Positions 1 to 12,133 are shown, counted from the stretch's first letter. The stretch is 64,000 bases of DNA from Tubulanus polymorphus (GCF_964204645.1 NC_134032.1:11954275-12018274), one strand, 5' to 3'. The notes: generated by a model from the sequence alone, not told the origin. Program-made: numbers and translations.

Positions 1-643
1 AAAGATTTGCGGTTCTTGTGGCCATTGATGTAAATGTTGATTAATGGCAATGATATTTTTTGTATGAACAATATGATATTCATTTCGTCTCATTCATAGT
101 TTGCCGGGCCCAAATAGTTCGCATATTCGCCGTCAATGGTTTGTATAGGGGCAGCACGTAACGATAGATATCTAACGCCGCTCCATAATCTTTCTGCGGC
201 ATGCGAGTAATAAGTTAGTTCGCATAATCATCGTCGCTGACGTAGGGGCAGCACGTTACGGCTGAGATTTTATTAAAACCCTTTGAGGATTATCTCATAT
301 TTAGACACAACAATTTATGGCGAACAGTAGGACCTTCTCAAGGCGAATAAAACAGATTCTTTGTGATCAACACCTTCAAAATACCGTTTCCACAATAGAT
401 GCTGGCCCGACATACATTAATACATAATTAATACATTAGACAATACAAAAATGATATCAAATTAGAAAGATATATTAGTGAACATGGTGAAGCAAGGCAA
501 CAATATCAAATAGGACTAAGTGTAGGCTATATTGATTCGTACACTTCAGGGCAAGTGGAATTCCAGGTGTTTTCCAGGTGAAAAGTGAAAAATTCCAGGA
601 GTCACGTCAAGCAAAACGTTGGTAACATACTAGGCCTATCTAT

Positions 644-958
644 AGCCGCGATCACGCAAGCGTTTTTGGCCCTGTATGACCCGTGCCAAATTTGTACCGG
701 AACAACTGTTCGCATGGGTAACAAATGGACCCGAGCTTGTTCGGCCAAAAATTTCAGACCAGGCTCAAGCCAAATTTAAGCACAGGACAAATGATTGCAT
801 TTGAATTGCAACTCGTACCGGGAATGATCCACTTCGCTTTGTTTGAACATTGTTTAGTACCGAGTGAGTGGTTTGTGATGGCGCTCTCTAATTAGGCACG
901 GGCCAGATTGGGCTCGAGCCTGATCCGGGCCAAATCGTCTCTGTGTGATAGAGAGGCT
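644..958. mobile_element. Non-autonomous DNA transposon (MITE), AGCCGCGATCAC-type termini
   Basis: Begins AGCCGCGATCAC and ends with a degenerate inverse (GTGATAGAGAGGCT). The interior matches the reverse complement of 38500-38797. Confidence 0.7.
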
Positions 959-1724
959 ATATTGATTCTGGTCTTGAAATATAACCGTCACTTGCAATGT
1001 CACCATATACAAAATCAGGTATCCCTGTTTATGGTTTTTCATTAACTGGGCTGTGTTGCCCAACCTCAATCGGACAAGCTGACCCAACATGCGCGCTTTG
1101 TTTCTAATAATACAACTTACGGTAAATGATAAAAGCTGCGCCAAAAAATATTTGAAGTGAACTTACTTTTAACGAAGGTTTATTGACGCCTTGGTGAAAC
1201 ATAATACATAATGCCTGATATCCTTAACAATGAGTAATATAATATCGTATTGATAAAGTTATTTTGAATTTCCGTACATCGACAATTGAATTGAATATAC
1301 CGGCAACCAGTCTAACCAGGCCCGGATATTGATGTAAGGTGTTCATCCATTCATAATTCATTTTTGAATATTTTTTCAAAATTTATTGAATCGAAAATGT
1401 GAGTCGCGAAATTCATTCAATTTCGAAAAACGCCAAAATTTACGACATATTCATAATTGTTATTTTGAAACGCCAATCTTGATGACGTAGTGCACATCAA
1501 CTCCACAGCGCTGTGCACATCGCCACAGTACCCCTTAGATAACGCATAGTAGTTATCTGTGTATAAAAACATTTCTGTAACGGTTTTACGGCGTCAAAAA
1601 AAGTTTTTTTCTGCTCAAAATGACGTTGACCACTGTCGAAAACTAACTTTTTTTTAACAAATGAGAAATTGACTTAATCTCTTTCCATTGCAGGTGTAAA
1701 GAGGAAGGTTATTGAGCGAAATAT

Positions 1725-2756
1725 TCACTTCCCAAATTTACATTTGAAAAGTTTTCGAGTTTCTTGGCGGAAATTCGTACTTAAAATGAAGTAAAAAACG
1801 CCATTGAAAGTAGAATTGATGGCGTTGGAATATTCATTCGTCACGTATTGAAGCGCCCATATCTGCGACCAGCGGGCCGGGTCGGATTCCCTGTTTAGAT
1901 TCATCAGGTGTGGAAATCGCTCCACGGTATTGATCACCATTTGCGGAAGGCTGCTGCAGATGAAAAAAATGGCGGCCGCCACGATCATAACCGTGCTCTG
2001 GATATCGATTGATTTTTTACCAGAAGCCGTTCCCACTTCAGCTGACTGTTTACTGGAATACGTTATCAATCTATACAGGAGAAGTGACGTGCAGATCGCA
2101 ATTCCGATTGACGGTATATACAAATGCATCATATCAACGACAAAACGCAGGTTTTTACCCTTGTATATCCGTTTCTTTTTTTGAAGGGTCAAACCTTTGT
2201 AACAAGGGTCCGTCGTTGGTACACGCACGAACACTAGGGTCGCATAGAAAATGTGAAACACCGCAAAAATTACGAAAGTAACTATCGCGAAAATCGAGCA
2301 TTGCTTGATTTTCCAGTATTTCCGCGTCCATAAAGGAGCGTAGATATGCACGAGACGATCGAAAGACACCATCAGCGTGAGCAGATTCCGCCACCGCCAA
2401 AACAGCTGCAAGAAGTTATTGCTAATGACGTACATCGCGAACGAGCCATCGTCAAAATACGTTTTCAGAACTATCTCGGGATTGTAGTAGATGAACTTCA
2501 CCAGGATAACGCCGTCATGGTACATGAACGTGGCAATGCAAATTCCTATGTCGGATATCGACAGGATGAACAGGGTGTAAAATGCGGACGAGTTGTTTCG
2601 TTTGTACAATCGATGCAAAACTATCGCGCAAGTTAAATTCAGAGCCAATCCTACCAATCCTATCGGACCAATCATGTACAAGTAATGAAACTGCTTCGTG
2701 TAGAAGTGCGGCCCCCGATGACATACCTGGCTTACGTTCACATGCGTGGAAGACAT
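1725..2756 (-). CDS. Rhodopsin-family (class A) GPCR, FMRFamide/peptide-receptor-like orphan
   Basis: Seven hydrophobic segments with TM1 GLALN, TM2 LSISD, TM3 SFDRL, TM6 FFICSSLP and TM7 NSTFNGVFYF plus helix-8 NFRQ. The ORF-track start at 2774 is GTG right after a TAG| acceptor; the first ATG is at 2756. Confidence 0.92.
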   Translation of the reverse strand: MSSTHVNVSQVCHRGPHFYTKQFHYLYMIGPIGLVGLALNLTCAIVLHRLYKRNNSSAFYTLFILSISDIGICIATFMYHDGVILVKFIYYNPEIVLKTYFDDGSFAMYVISNNFLQLFWRWRNLLTLMVSFDRLVHIYAPLWTRKYWKIKQCSIFAIVTFVIFAVFHIFYATLVFVRVPTTDPCYKGLTLQKKKRIYKGKNLRFVVDMMHLYIPSIGIAICTSLLLYRLITYSSKQSAEVGTASGKKSIDIQSTVMIVAAAIFFICSSLPQMVINTVERFPHLMNLNRESDPARWSQIWALQYVTNEYSNAINSTFNGVFYFILSTNFRQETRKLFKCKFGK

Positions 2757-4576
2757 TTTCGCAATATCTCCCACCTAGCAGTTAGATGTATGAGGTTGGA
2801 ACGAACTTTTGCCCTATACCCCATAATTACGACCGCTGGAAAACCTCGACTATGCCGTATGATTTATGCCCGTCTATTAGTGCCTCGAAGCCATTTTCAT
2901 TCCTGCGTAGTAAATTATCATTTGCAAAGCACATATCTCCGATATTTTTTAACACGAAATCAAACCGAAGGAAAATATTACGAAACAACAGGCTTCTCGA
3001 TAGTCGCTGATTCGGGTCAAGTTTAGATCGAATATTGGCACCAATTTCTAATACGAAATACCGTCCTCGCTGTTTTGTTCTTGCATTTTATAATATTTAC
3101 ATCATTGTGACGATATAAATTTACATGTACATATTTCATAACCTATTGTATGAATATATAATGTAAAAACAATCGCAGTGAATAAAGTTATCAATTAAAT
3201 TTTCATTAAATCCAACAGCCGAATTCGCACGACGTCAACCAGAATCGCGTATCCGTATAAAATCCTTAGCGGGTACAAAAACGCGACCGATACGAGGAAT
3301 TCGAAACAAGCTACGAATTCGCAGACGAAATAAAATAATAAACGTTTCATGTATAACTTTCGATCCTAAAATATAAAAATCGATTCTTTTCTAAGGTGAC
3401 GTGAAATACACCGATTAAGGCTGGTTTTCACAAGCGGTTCCCAGCTAGCGTTTCTTTGCAGCTTTTCTGGCCACGTGAAAAAAAAACAACATTTTCAGTT
3501 CTTACGTGTAAGTTTCATACGTCGATTTCAACTTGGTTCGAAAAAGGACGCATTTGTTTCCGTAACTGAGTCGATAGAAAAAAACCTGATATTGGTGTTA
3601 AAATGACCAGTACATCTTAGGCAGATGAACTAAAAGTAGTATAGTGTATTGGTGGGTCAACGAAAGTCTTCTTTCATTCGCATTGAATCAGAGAAAAGCG
3701 ACCCCATCTTTAAGAATAAAGAATAGAATAAAGTCATGGCAATAAAAGACGCCCACAGTCATTCTCAAAAATAGAAATAACTCGTACATTGCACGTTCGT
3801 GTTTCGAACAAGAATGTAACGGAACGCGACCTTGATGACGAAAACTCGATGTAGTTATCGAAAAAAAATATCCGCGTTACGGGTTTTGAAATATTTATTT
3901 CCTCGTATCTGAAAATTGGGCCTATTTTCCATTGTAATTGTTTCCGTAACAGATCGATACCATGGTTACGACAATCGACCGGCAAACAGCTCGATACCGA
4001 ACAGATATTGTTAACTAACATAGTAACGTGAGTCAAAATATTATTGGCGAATTGGATTGCTTCTGTTCTGTAGCTTTGACAAACCATAGAACATTTGAAA
4101 CTTGCATGGAGCCCGTTCTACTGAGCGCGAAGTGATCAGTTTTTGGAAGTGTGCTGATAAAATGTCTAATATCTGGTGTTTGTAGTTCATTTTCAATCAA
4201 AAATGTCTCAGGTGAAGTCCTAATTAAACAAAAACGCGTGTTGGTGGCCATCACAAATTGGTATCGAATGTCTTGACCGGCGCGGGGATGCTAAGAAAAA
4301 CAATGCGTGAATCTTAGCTTTGAATGCAAATTTTTCTCTTTAACTAAAGAAAATGGAAATGCGAAATCTACATGTATAAATGAGTTTGCGTTAGTTTTCT
4401 AGTGTTTCTTTTCACTGGTTTTCTTGTCGTGCCAATCCCCTCTCCGACTCTACAAAAATGAGTTCTTACGAATTTTCTAAAAACGAAAAAAAATTATTCA
4501 TTTACATCGAACATATCCTCACCTTCGATAGATTTCCGGTATCCGCGGCCTCGAATTCGGTTGCTCCATCAGCCAG

Positions 4577-4584
4577 TGACGTCA
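4577..4584. promoter_or_regulatory. CRE palindrome (TGACGTCA), probable GPCR promoter region
   Basis: AGTGACGTCACT palindrome lies next to a minus-strand donor AAG|GTGAGG at 4523/4522. That donor could splice to the acceptor at 2775/2774. Confidence 0.4.
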
Positions 4585-5326
4585 CTTCTGGCCAGATTCA
4601 ATAAACGAATAAACTTACCACTCGTAATCCCGTTTGGTGCAATTCGCTTCTTGAACGATTAATTGAACTTACGTACCACAGCGGAACTTCGTTGTACAAC
4701 GAACTTCAGAGGACCAGAAAATATTTGTTGTAACCGATAGTTCGTTATATCCAGTATGAAATTATTCGGATTTTCATAGGAACGAGATTCTAGGTTTGTT
4801 CCAGGTTTGTTATTACAGGGTTCCGAAGCAACCTAGTTACCGATCAGGGTGGATCCAGCTGGAGGTTGTGAACCCCATCAGCCAGTGCATCGAGAAAAGT
4901 ACCTTCCTATCCAAAGCTAGAGGGAAAATATCTAAAAAGTAAACCTTTTCTAGCCTCAATTCACCAAGAATTACTTTTAATAAGCGAGGTTTGTTAGTTT
5001 CGGGGAATGTTTTATTATCAATTAATTCTATCAAAAAAGTATCAACACACGCATGAAACTGTTTTTGAAATATAAGACGTAAATTCTATTAGTCGTCAAG
5101 TATATTTTTGCTTTCTATAAAACACTGCCTCTATTCATAACTCATCAATACACCTCGGGATGCGTCATAGGGAGCCAAATTCTATATCAAGTTTCGCATG
5201 AATCATTTCACTAAATTCGCGGATCCTACCTGCTGTATGATTTGGTGAGTCCCACCATAGCTTCGCCAAGCGAGACACCAAATGCTGGTCTAGATGGTAG
5301 AAGTTATGATACAAAATATATGAATA

Positions 5327-5441
5327 CTATAACTTACTCGGTAGTTTGATGCACCGAGCTTGTATTTGGCACCATCCACAGGAGGAAGTACAGGTCCGAG
5401 TGAAATACTTTATCTTTGCATATTCGTATGAAGTACCCCAC
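5327..5441 (-). CDS. Secreted resistin/PCSK9-CRD-like protein, exon 4 (3' end uncertain)
   Basis: Acceptor TTTTTTAG|, phase 2. Encodes WGTSYEYAKIKYFTRTCTSSCGWCQIQARCIKLP. It either reads through to SKL-TAG at 5327 or splices at the donor A|GTAAGT at 5338/5337. Confidence 0.7.
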
Positions 5442-5486
5442 CTAAAAAAGTTTCAACCACGGAATATCATGTTCAAAATTACTCTA

Positions 5487-5653
5487 GGGATCATTCATTT
5501 ATTACGTACGCATAAAATTTGAATTTTTCAACCCCCCCCCCCCCCCTGTACGCAAAATCGGCCATTTTTTTCATATACATTAAGCATTACAGTACGCAAT
5601 TGCACTGACCCCTCCCCCCTCCCTTGATGCGTACGTAATAAATGAATGACCCC
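5487..5653. mobile_element. PIF/Harbinger-like MITE
   Basis: ~26-bp TIRs GGGATCATTCATTTATTACGTACGCA / TGCGTACGTAATAAATGAATGACCCC, with a 3-bp direct repeat CTA on both sides. Confidence 0.85.
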
Positions 5654-5814
5654 CTACACTGTAATCCACCCTGTTTCGCAAAATTGAACTGAATTGAAGA
5701 AATCTGAGAGTTGATCTTTGTGAAACTGGACCCCCACTTCCGAAGTCTGAATTGAATTATCAAATTAAATCGAATTAGATTATGAATTGATAATTGGGCC
5801 ATGAAGAGACTTAC

Positions 5815-5948
5815 CAAGCATAGAGTGAACAGAAAACCACGGCCCATCCAGGTCGGCACTTGACTGATGGGTTTTTTCGATAACCGCCCTTTTGCGACAC
5901 TGTCGAAAACTCTCGCTCTGGAGTTATTTGTGTACACTTGATAACTGC
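5815..5948 (-). CDS. Secreted resistin/PCSK9-CRD-like protein, exon 3
   Basis: Acceptor TTTGTAACAG|, donor TTG|GTAAGT, phases 0/2. Encodes AVIKCTQI...SVKCRPGWAVVFCSLYAW. Confidence 0.78.
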
Positions 5949-6472
5949 CTGTTACAAAGAAAAACAACTTGAAAAGCGAACTTTTTTCATAAAGAAATGG
6001 GATTTTATAAACGTGTATTATAACTTTAAAACAATATATTCAAACAATTGATCACACGACATTTTAGATTCTAAAACCAGAACGTGTAAACATGTTGAGA
6101 CGGAAACAAGAACTCGCACATGACGCTGGTATAAGCATGGAAACAGGAGACAGAAAAATGTAACCAATCGTTCCCCCGTATCGTGTGTGTTTACGAAACG
6201 CTAGATCTACGCAACTATGGCAATGCGAGGATTCACCGAGGTCGGTCTTCTGTGTTCAATCAACTTAAATTCTCAGTCTTATTTGATTATCAATCAAATC
6301 GAACACAGATACGAAAATACACTCATATCATTTTGGAGGTGATTGTTTCGTAACATTTGATTCGGGAGTCATAGTTGACTGAAATTGAAAATCTCGGACT
6401 GTTAGTCACGACATCTGGTGTCATAGCTGATGTTAATTTCCCCCGATTATCTGCTAGTGTCACATGACCTAC

Positions 6473-6663
6473 CCGATTATTAGTTCCCCACTTGCCGTTA
6501 AAGACCACACAACTTGAGTGACCGGAAAGGCTTAATCTGATACCGCTGCACCTGTTCGAGCACCCGCAGCCGACTATCACCTGACCATTCAGGCATTTCA
6601 CAGAACTGTGCTCTCTATGTTTCTTTAATGAGGGTTTTCCTCGATAAACAGTGATGTTCCAAC
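6473..6663 (-). CDS. Secreted resistin/PCSK9-CRD-like protein, exon 2
   Basis: Acceptor TTTTAACAG|, donor CGG|GTAGGT, phases 1/0. Encodes WNITVYRG...SVKCLNGQVIVGCGCSNRC...SCVVFNGKWGTNNR. Confidence 0.78.
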
Positions 6664-7256
6664 CTGTTAAAATGACATATCAAATCAATGAGGTCAAGCG
6701 GGTTTACAGGTTCCAGCCTCAATAGGCCTACTGCATGAATAACGATCCATCGTCTTCTTAGCCTGAATGAATGAATCCTGAACGCTAGTTCTGCCACTCG
6801 ACCAGCAATAGGTGGATAGGCCTACCTAGTAATTCCTGAGCCCTGGATGAAATATAGGATTCAAAATTTAGTCTAATTGGTAGAAAAGGGTATAATCGCA
6901 TCAGAGAGTCTGGCGTTAATTTGTCTTAAAGCTCTAATTCCATACTCGTGTATATTGTCTCCCATAAGTATTCGGCCAGTTTTTCTAAGTTCACAGTTTG
7001 AATAAACGCAAGGTTATTTAGTTCATTTTGATAGAATTGTTGAATTGAATCCGAAACGATTTTAACTGATTTTTCAGAGCTGTGAAACGCGGGCACGAGT
7101 TGTGTAGATTAATCTTTAACTCGTTTGAAACTTCGACTAGATTTAAACTTATGCGTATATGAAACCTGGGCCGAGTCGCAGTTGCGAGTTCGACCCAATC
7201 TGAACGTTTGACAGAACGCATTGGATAAACTATTTTAAAATGTTGCGAAAACTTAC

Positions 7257-7380
7257 CTGTTAAATCAGCAGTCACCCATAAGCCCTTCTCAAATACTCCC
7301 TCCAAACTCAATACCGAGACGATCAACCAGTGAAAATAAAACACGCGAATAAACAACGCCAGCGAATATAACTGCCTCAT
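7257..7380 (-). CDS. Secreted resistin/PCSK9-CRD-like Cys-rich protein, exon 1 (signal peptide)
   Basis: ATG at 7380; MRQLYSLALFIRVFYFHWLIVSVLS hydrophobic leader; donor CAG|GTAAGT, phase 1. Confidence 0.7.
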
Positions 7381-8299
7381 ACTTTCACTTTAGTTGATTT
7401 TTCTAAGAATGGTTGGACGTTTTTTTAGACATAACTCGGTCAATTTGGGAGTTTATTCTAGTAATAGGTTTTAAACTGATCAGAACATCGAGACCTGCTT
7501 CGGGATGGCATATCGATTTCAAAGAAACACTACTGTTCATCGAAAGATCGCCAAAAGTCAATATTGAATCAGAATGACTTTCATAAAAATGCCAACTAAG
7601 GTTACTTCAACGATGGTCACCATTAAGCGATGGAGAACCAAGTTATTTTTTTCTAGAACGGTAGACAATTTCAAACTCTTCTACACCCTATAAGGAATGT
7701 CGAACATTTTTGAAGCGAAAGAAATCTGATGATTAAAAGGTGACATTTCTCTGCCATTTCACCGAATTCTGTGCTGACTTCATTACACTGATTACAACAA
7801 TCCGTCAAGACAGCGCAAAACTGTTTACATCCTGCTTGCTATGATACACCACCTTTTCGATCAGTTTAAGACTAATTTCAGATACGTATGTAACTACTTC
7901 CGAAATTGACCACGTTATGACAAAAAAAGATCATAAGGTAGAAACAGCTCTTACACAGCACGAACAAGTATCGCACATCTATAATGGAACACGATCACTG
8001 CTAAACTAATAGTCGACGACAACGTGAATTACTTTCGACATCTATCGAGTTTTTGTCGACAAAAACATCAACGTTACAGGTTTTTTTATTCATTCTCGTG
8101 TTTAGAAAATTGAGCCGATAGTTTTTACTTTTTCATGTTTTATGACGACTGTAACCATAGTTACATTGAAACCCAGCAAAAGCCCGATACCACACGGGTA
8201 TTGGCACAGCTTATATTTTTTGGATATGCCAAAACTGTTGCCTGGTATTAAATGCTTTTTTCCTTCTTCACTGAAGCCAGAACCATCGCTCAAACATGC

Positions 8300-9220
8300 T
8301 GAAGCCTGGACCTGCACCTCTTCAGACAATCTGCAGTCTGGACCTGCGCCTCTCGGACATGCTGTAGCCTGGAACCACCCATTAGACATTCTGTACTAGC
8401 CTTGACCTGCACCTCCCAGACATTCTACAGTCTAAACTTGCACCTCTCGATACTCCAGTTCTGGGCCTGCACCTCTCAGACATTCTGCAGTCTGGACACC
8501 CAGGGCGGATTTAGACCGTGTCGACCGTGTCGCCCGACATGGTCGGAATTTTAAAGTGCCTTTTTATTTTTTCTCTGTATCAAAATCTGCCGTTGTAACC
8601 ACCTGAGATACACAGTAGATATTTTTCCTAAATATATAATCTATGATTCTTGACTAAATGCCTCTCAGAGATGCTCAGGAAGCTCTAAAATGAAAGTAAA
8701 ATTTCAAAAATTTTGGTGATATGCCTTTCCGCCCTAAATTAAGATGCCCTTTATATATATGCCCTTTTTATTGGTCGACATGGTCACAACATGCCCCTGG
8801 ATCCAGCCTGGGACCACCTGCACCTCCCGGACATGCTGTAGCAGGGAACCACCCCTCAGACATTCTGCGGTCTGGACCTGCACCTCTCGACACTGCGGTC
8901 TGGACCTGCACCTCTCAGACATTCTACAGTCTGGACCTGCACCTCTCAGACATTCTGCAGTCTTGACCTTCACCTCTCAGACATTCCGCAGTCTGGACCT
9001 GCACCTCTCAGATATTCAACAGTCTTGACCTGCACCTCTCAGACATTCTGCAGTCTGGACCTGCATCTCTCAGATATTCAACAGTCTTGACCTGCACCTC
9101 TCAGATATTCTGCAGTCTGGACCTGCATCTCTCAGACATTCTGCAGTCTGGACCTGCACCTCTCAGACATTCTGCAGTCTGGACCTGCACCTCTCAGACA
9201 TTCTACAGTCTGGACCTGCA
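8300..9220. repeat. 31-bp minisatellite (TCTGGACCTGCACCTCTCAGACATTCTGCAG)n interrupted by a MITE
   Basis: Tandem units visible directly, most homogeneous at 8870-9220. Confidence 0.95.
8501..8810. mobile_element. hAT-like MITE inserted in the minisatellite
   Basis: Termini CAGGGCGGAT / ATCCAGCCTG; imperfect 8-bp flanks TGGACACC / GGACCACC. Confidence 0.6.
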
Positions 9221-10599
9221 CAATGAGAATTCCACCAGTTTGTTCGGACCTGGCGTAGCGAAATAAGAGAAAAAGAAAAATTGGATTTCAAAACCTATTA
9301 TAGCACAACCGTTCTGATCAGTTTAAGACATATTCATGGAATATAGGCCTATAACTCCAAAAATTTACCGAGTTATGACCAAAAACGTTGAATCGTTCTC
9401 CGAAATAGAAACAACTCGACACGAATATAATCGTATTAATGCAACACGACCAATCCTTAACTAATATTCTACAACATTTATTATTCTACAACGTTTATTT
9501 ATTTCAAAAATTATCGATTTTTCGTCGACAAAATTATCCGCTTCAGATGTAATGATATATTAATTTCCAAATATCTGATAAATTGAGCCAATAATTGCAG
9601 TTGTCCGTGTTCGGGGCCGAGTGTAACCAAGGTAACAACGAACAGCCGATAAGTATTCGCAACTATTATGTTTGTGTGTGATGCCAAACAATTAAAGGCA
9701 TGGTTTTTGGTGTTTTTTTCTGAACTGTAGCCTTCACTTTCCGCACATTATGAAGCCTGGACTTGTACCTCTCGGATATAATAACAATCTCATATTTTCA
9801 CCTAAAAACAACTTAACTTTCAGGACGGCTACTTAAAACAGAAATTTCTAACGAGTTGTTATGTACTCAGTAGTATGTATAGTGGGTCCACTTAAATACA
9901 GAATTGACATTTCAATATTCTGCCTGCACTGGGCCCGATCAATTATTTATGCCAGTAGCACTGCTATCTCATACTGGTATTAATGATTCATCTAGCCCAG
10001 ATGAAAGATATGCCTAACTCGCCATTTTTCTGGAGATGAATTACTTTTCCTTATTCATTGTAGGCCGGATCCTACAAACTTCACAAAAACATTACAAATT
10101 TAAACGCATTTAGAAACTTTGATTTATAGAAAAAAAACGAAATTTCCAACTAGAAAATTTTTACGGGAGTGGGTTTATAGAAAGCGCTCCTGTATTGTAA
10201 CAGATTTGAAAATATCTATACAGCTGTTGTTTTTTTTCAATATCTTGGGTGGTTTTAAAGAGGAAGAAGCCAAGAATCAAATCAATACTTAGAAGACATA
10301 CACAGAAACTGTTTGATTTTACAACCGATCTAATAATCTCAATAAACTTCCCTGAATTATGGCCCTGGATTTTCAGGGGTTTTTTTTAAACAAAATCCTA
10401 CTGTCCCTGACATTTTTAAAGAAAAGAAAATTCCCTGGCTTTTTACCAGGTAAGCGCTGACCCTGTATTGAGATGAATATAAATTCAAAGTCGCAAAATT
10501 ATAACGGAGACGTTAAAGGTTAGGTTAATGAAAAAATCATTCAAACTTTCGCGGCGCGAAACATGTTAAGAATATGGGATTCGACCCGAAACGATGCAG

Positions 10600-10747
10600 C
10601 TACTCCGACAACAGATGGCGCGCGTAACGCACTAACTAGCGATAGTAGCCATTTTATTTTAAATTCTTTCAAAGAACGAATTCGGGATGAGTTTCTAACC
10701 GAATTCATCAAGATTACATTGAACCGACTGCCAAACTATTATCGCAG
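10600..10747 (+). other. Probable non-coding first exon/promoter of the zinc-finger gene
   Basis: CpG-rich patch with AGATGGCGC motif and a strong donor GCAG|GTATGT at 10747/10748. Its frame is not compatible with the downstream CDS. Confidence 0.5.
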
Positions 10748-11163
10748 GTATGTAGAGCCATTTTTACTGAATGTTTTAAATGGGTGTAAGTAATTAGAGT
10801 CGGATCCAAAATATCGTTTAATTGCGGTAATTATTTCATCGATATGCGCGGCGATGATGGTTATCAAATTCAAATTCAATTTTAAAAATTTTATTGATTA
10901 ATGAACTGATGCTAGTCGATATATCATATTTGTGGTTTGAGGTGCAGAAGTGTCTCCAAGATCCAGCAAAAACAGGCCTAACAGGAATTGGAGCCACCCT
11001 CAAGCTTTGTTTGCGGCTCCGGGACTGTGTGGACGCAGTTTTGGTTTCCCCTCGGGCCTTGGCGCTCGCTGCTGAGTGGATTCGCTCCCCGAGTATAGCT
11101 ATGGTTTTTTCATGAATTGTTAGGTTTAATTTCAAGAGAGTAAAACCGGAACCGAAGTAAGAA

Positions 11164-11275
11164 ATGGAACGAGAAGTAGGCGTCACCGATGGAATGGACG
11201 CAGCTGTCAGCGGGCCGATCATCAAGAGAATGGTCCTAAATTCCTCATCTTCCCCTAACAAGAAAAGACGAAAAT
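11164..11275 (+). CDS. C2H2 zinc-finger protein, first coding exon
   Basis: ATG at 11164, MEREVGVTDG...SPNKKRRK (NLS-like). Donor T|GTAAGC in phase 1 matches the phase-1 acceptor TTTTTACAG| at 12134. Confidence 0.8.
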
Positions 11276-12133
11276 GTAAGCGGTAGATATAATTGAGTTC
11301 GGGCAAAATTATTATGTCTTAATAACTTATTCAGTGCATGTACACCGCAGTGCGGTGTGGATCGGAGATAGATTTTGTTCATTCACTGCAACGCGATGTA
11401 TTGATGTTATTAGTAATTAGTTTCTATCTCTATTGAAAGATGGCAGCACTTGACAAACAGAGCGAAATATAACATTACACTCCGGGTTTCTACGATTCCT
11501 CGATTCCTTAGAAACTCATAAACAGAAAATGCTTTTAAAGGTGCTTGAAACTCCTTTAATTTATAGGAAATGCCAAAATTCCTTTTTACAACTCCATCCC
11601 TTTTGAGAATTAGAAGTGTTTGTAATTGTATGGTAAACTATATGCCTAAATCGATTCTTTACCCAATTAGGTGGTTATCACATTAGAAATTGAGTTTGTA
11701 GCGTAAATGATAAGAATTAGCTTAGAAAACCACAGAACTAATGGTTTCACCCAGGTAAACGGTACCGATTTAAGGAGGATAGTAACTAACACTACTTCTT
11801 CAGTAATTGCGATATGAAAGTGACGCAGACGTTTCCTCGAAATTTGAAATTTTCTCCTTTATAACTCTGAAACTCCTTATATCCAGGAATGACTGATCTG
11901 TAGGAGATAAGATCCAATTCCACAGTTGTGAGTGCGATAAGCTATGAATAAAGTTAAAATTAGTCTATTCTCAATTGCCGTAGTAGAGGGGCAGTAGTAA
12001 AGTCTGTTATACAACACACTGTCCAGATTGGAGTTTTTAAGAATTTTCAAATCGTCGCCAGCTCTTTTATTAACTGGTCAGGGTTAAAAAGTTAAGTGAA
12101 AGGGTTAAAACGATTGCTTGTCTATTTTTACAG

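Noticed and set aside
8102-9028. Several short ORFs
   Set aside because: Products of the 31-bp minisatellite.
10563-10793. 76-aa ORF as first coding exon of the zinc-finger gene
   Set aside because: Its donor is phase 2, incompatible with the phase-1 acceptor at 12134. Exon 11164-11275 fits.
11122-11146. GGTTTAATT resembling a nematode spliced leader
   Set aside because: The match is only 9 nt, with no donor, Sm site or SL structure.
10836-11306. 156-aa minus-strand ORF
   Set aside because: Non-ATG start, no motif, and it overlaps the plus-strand exon.
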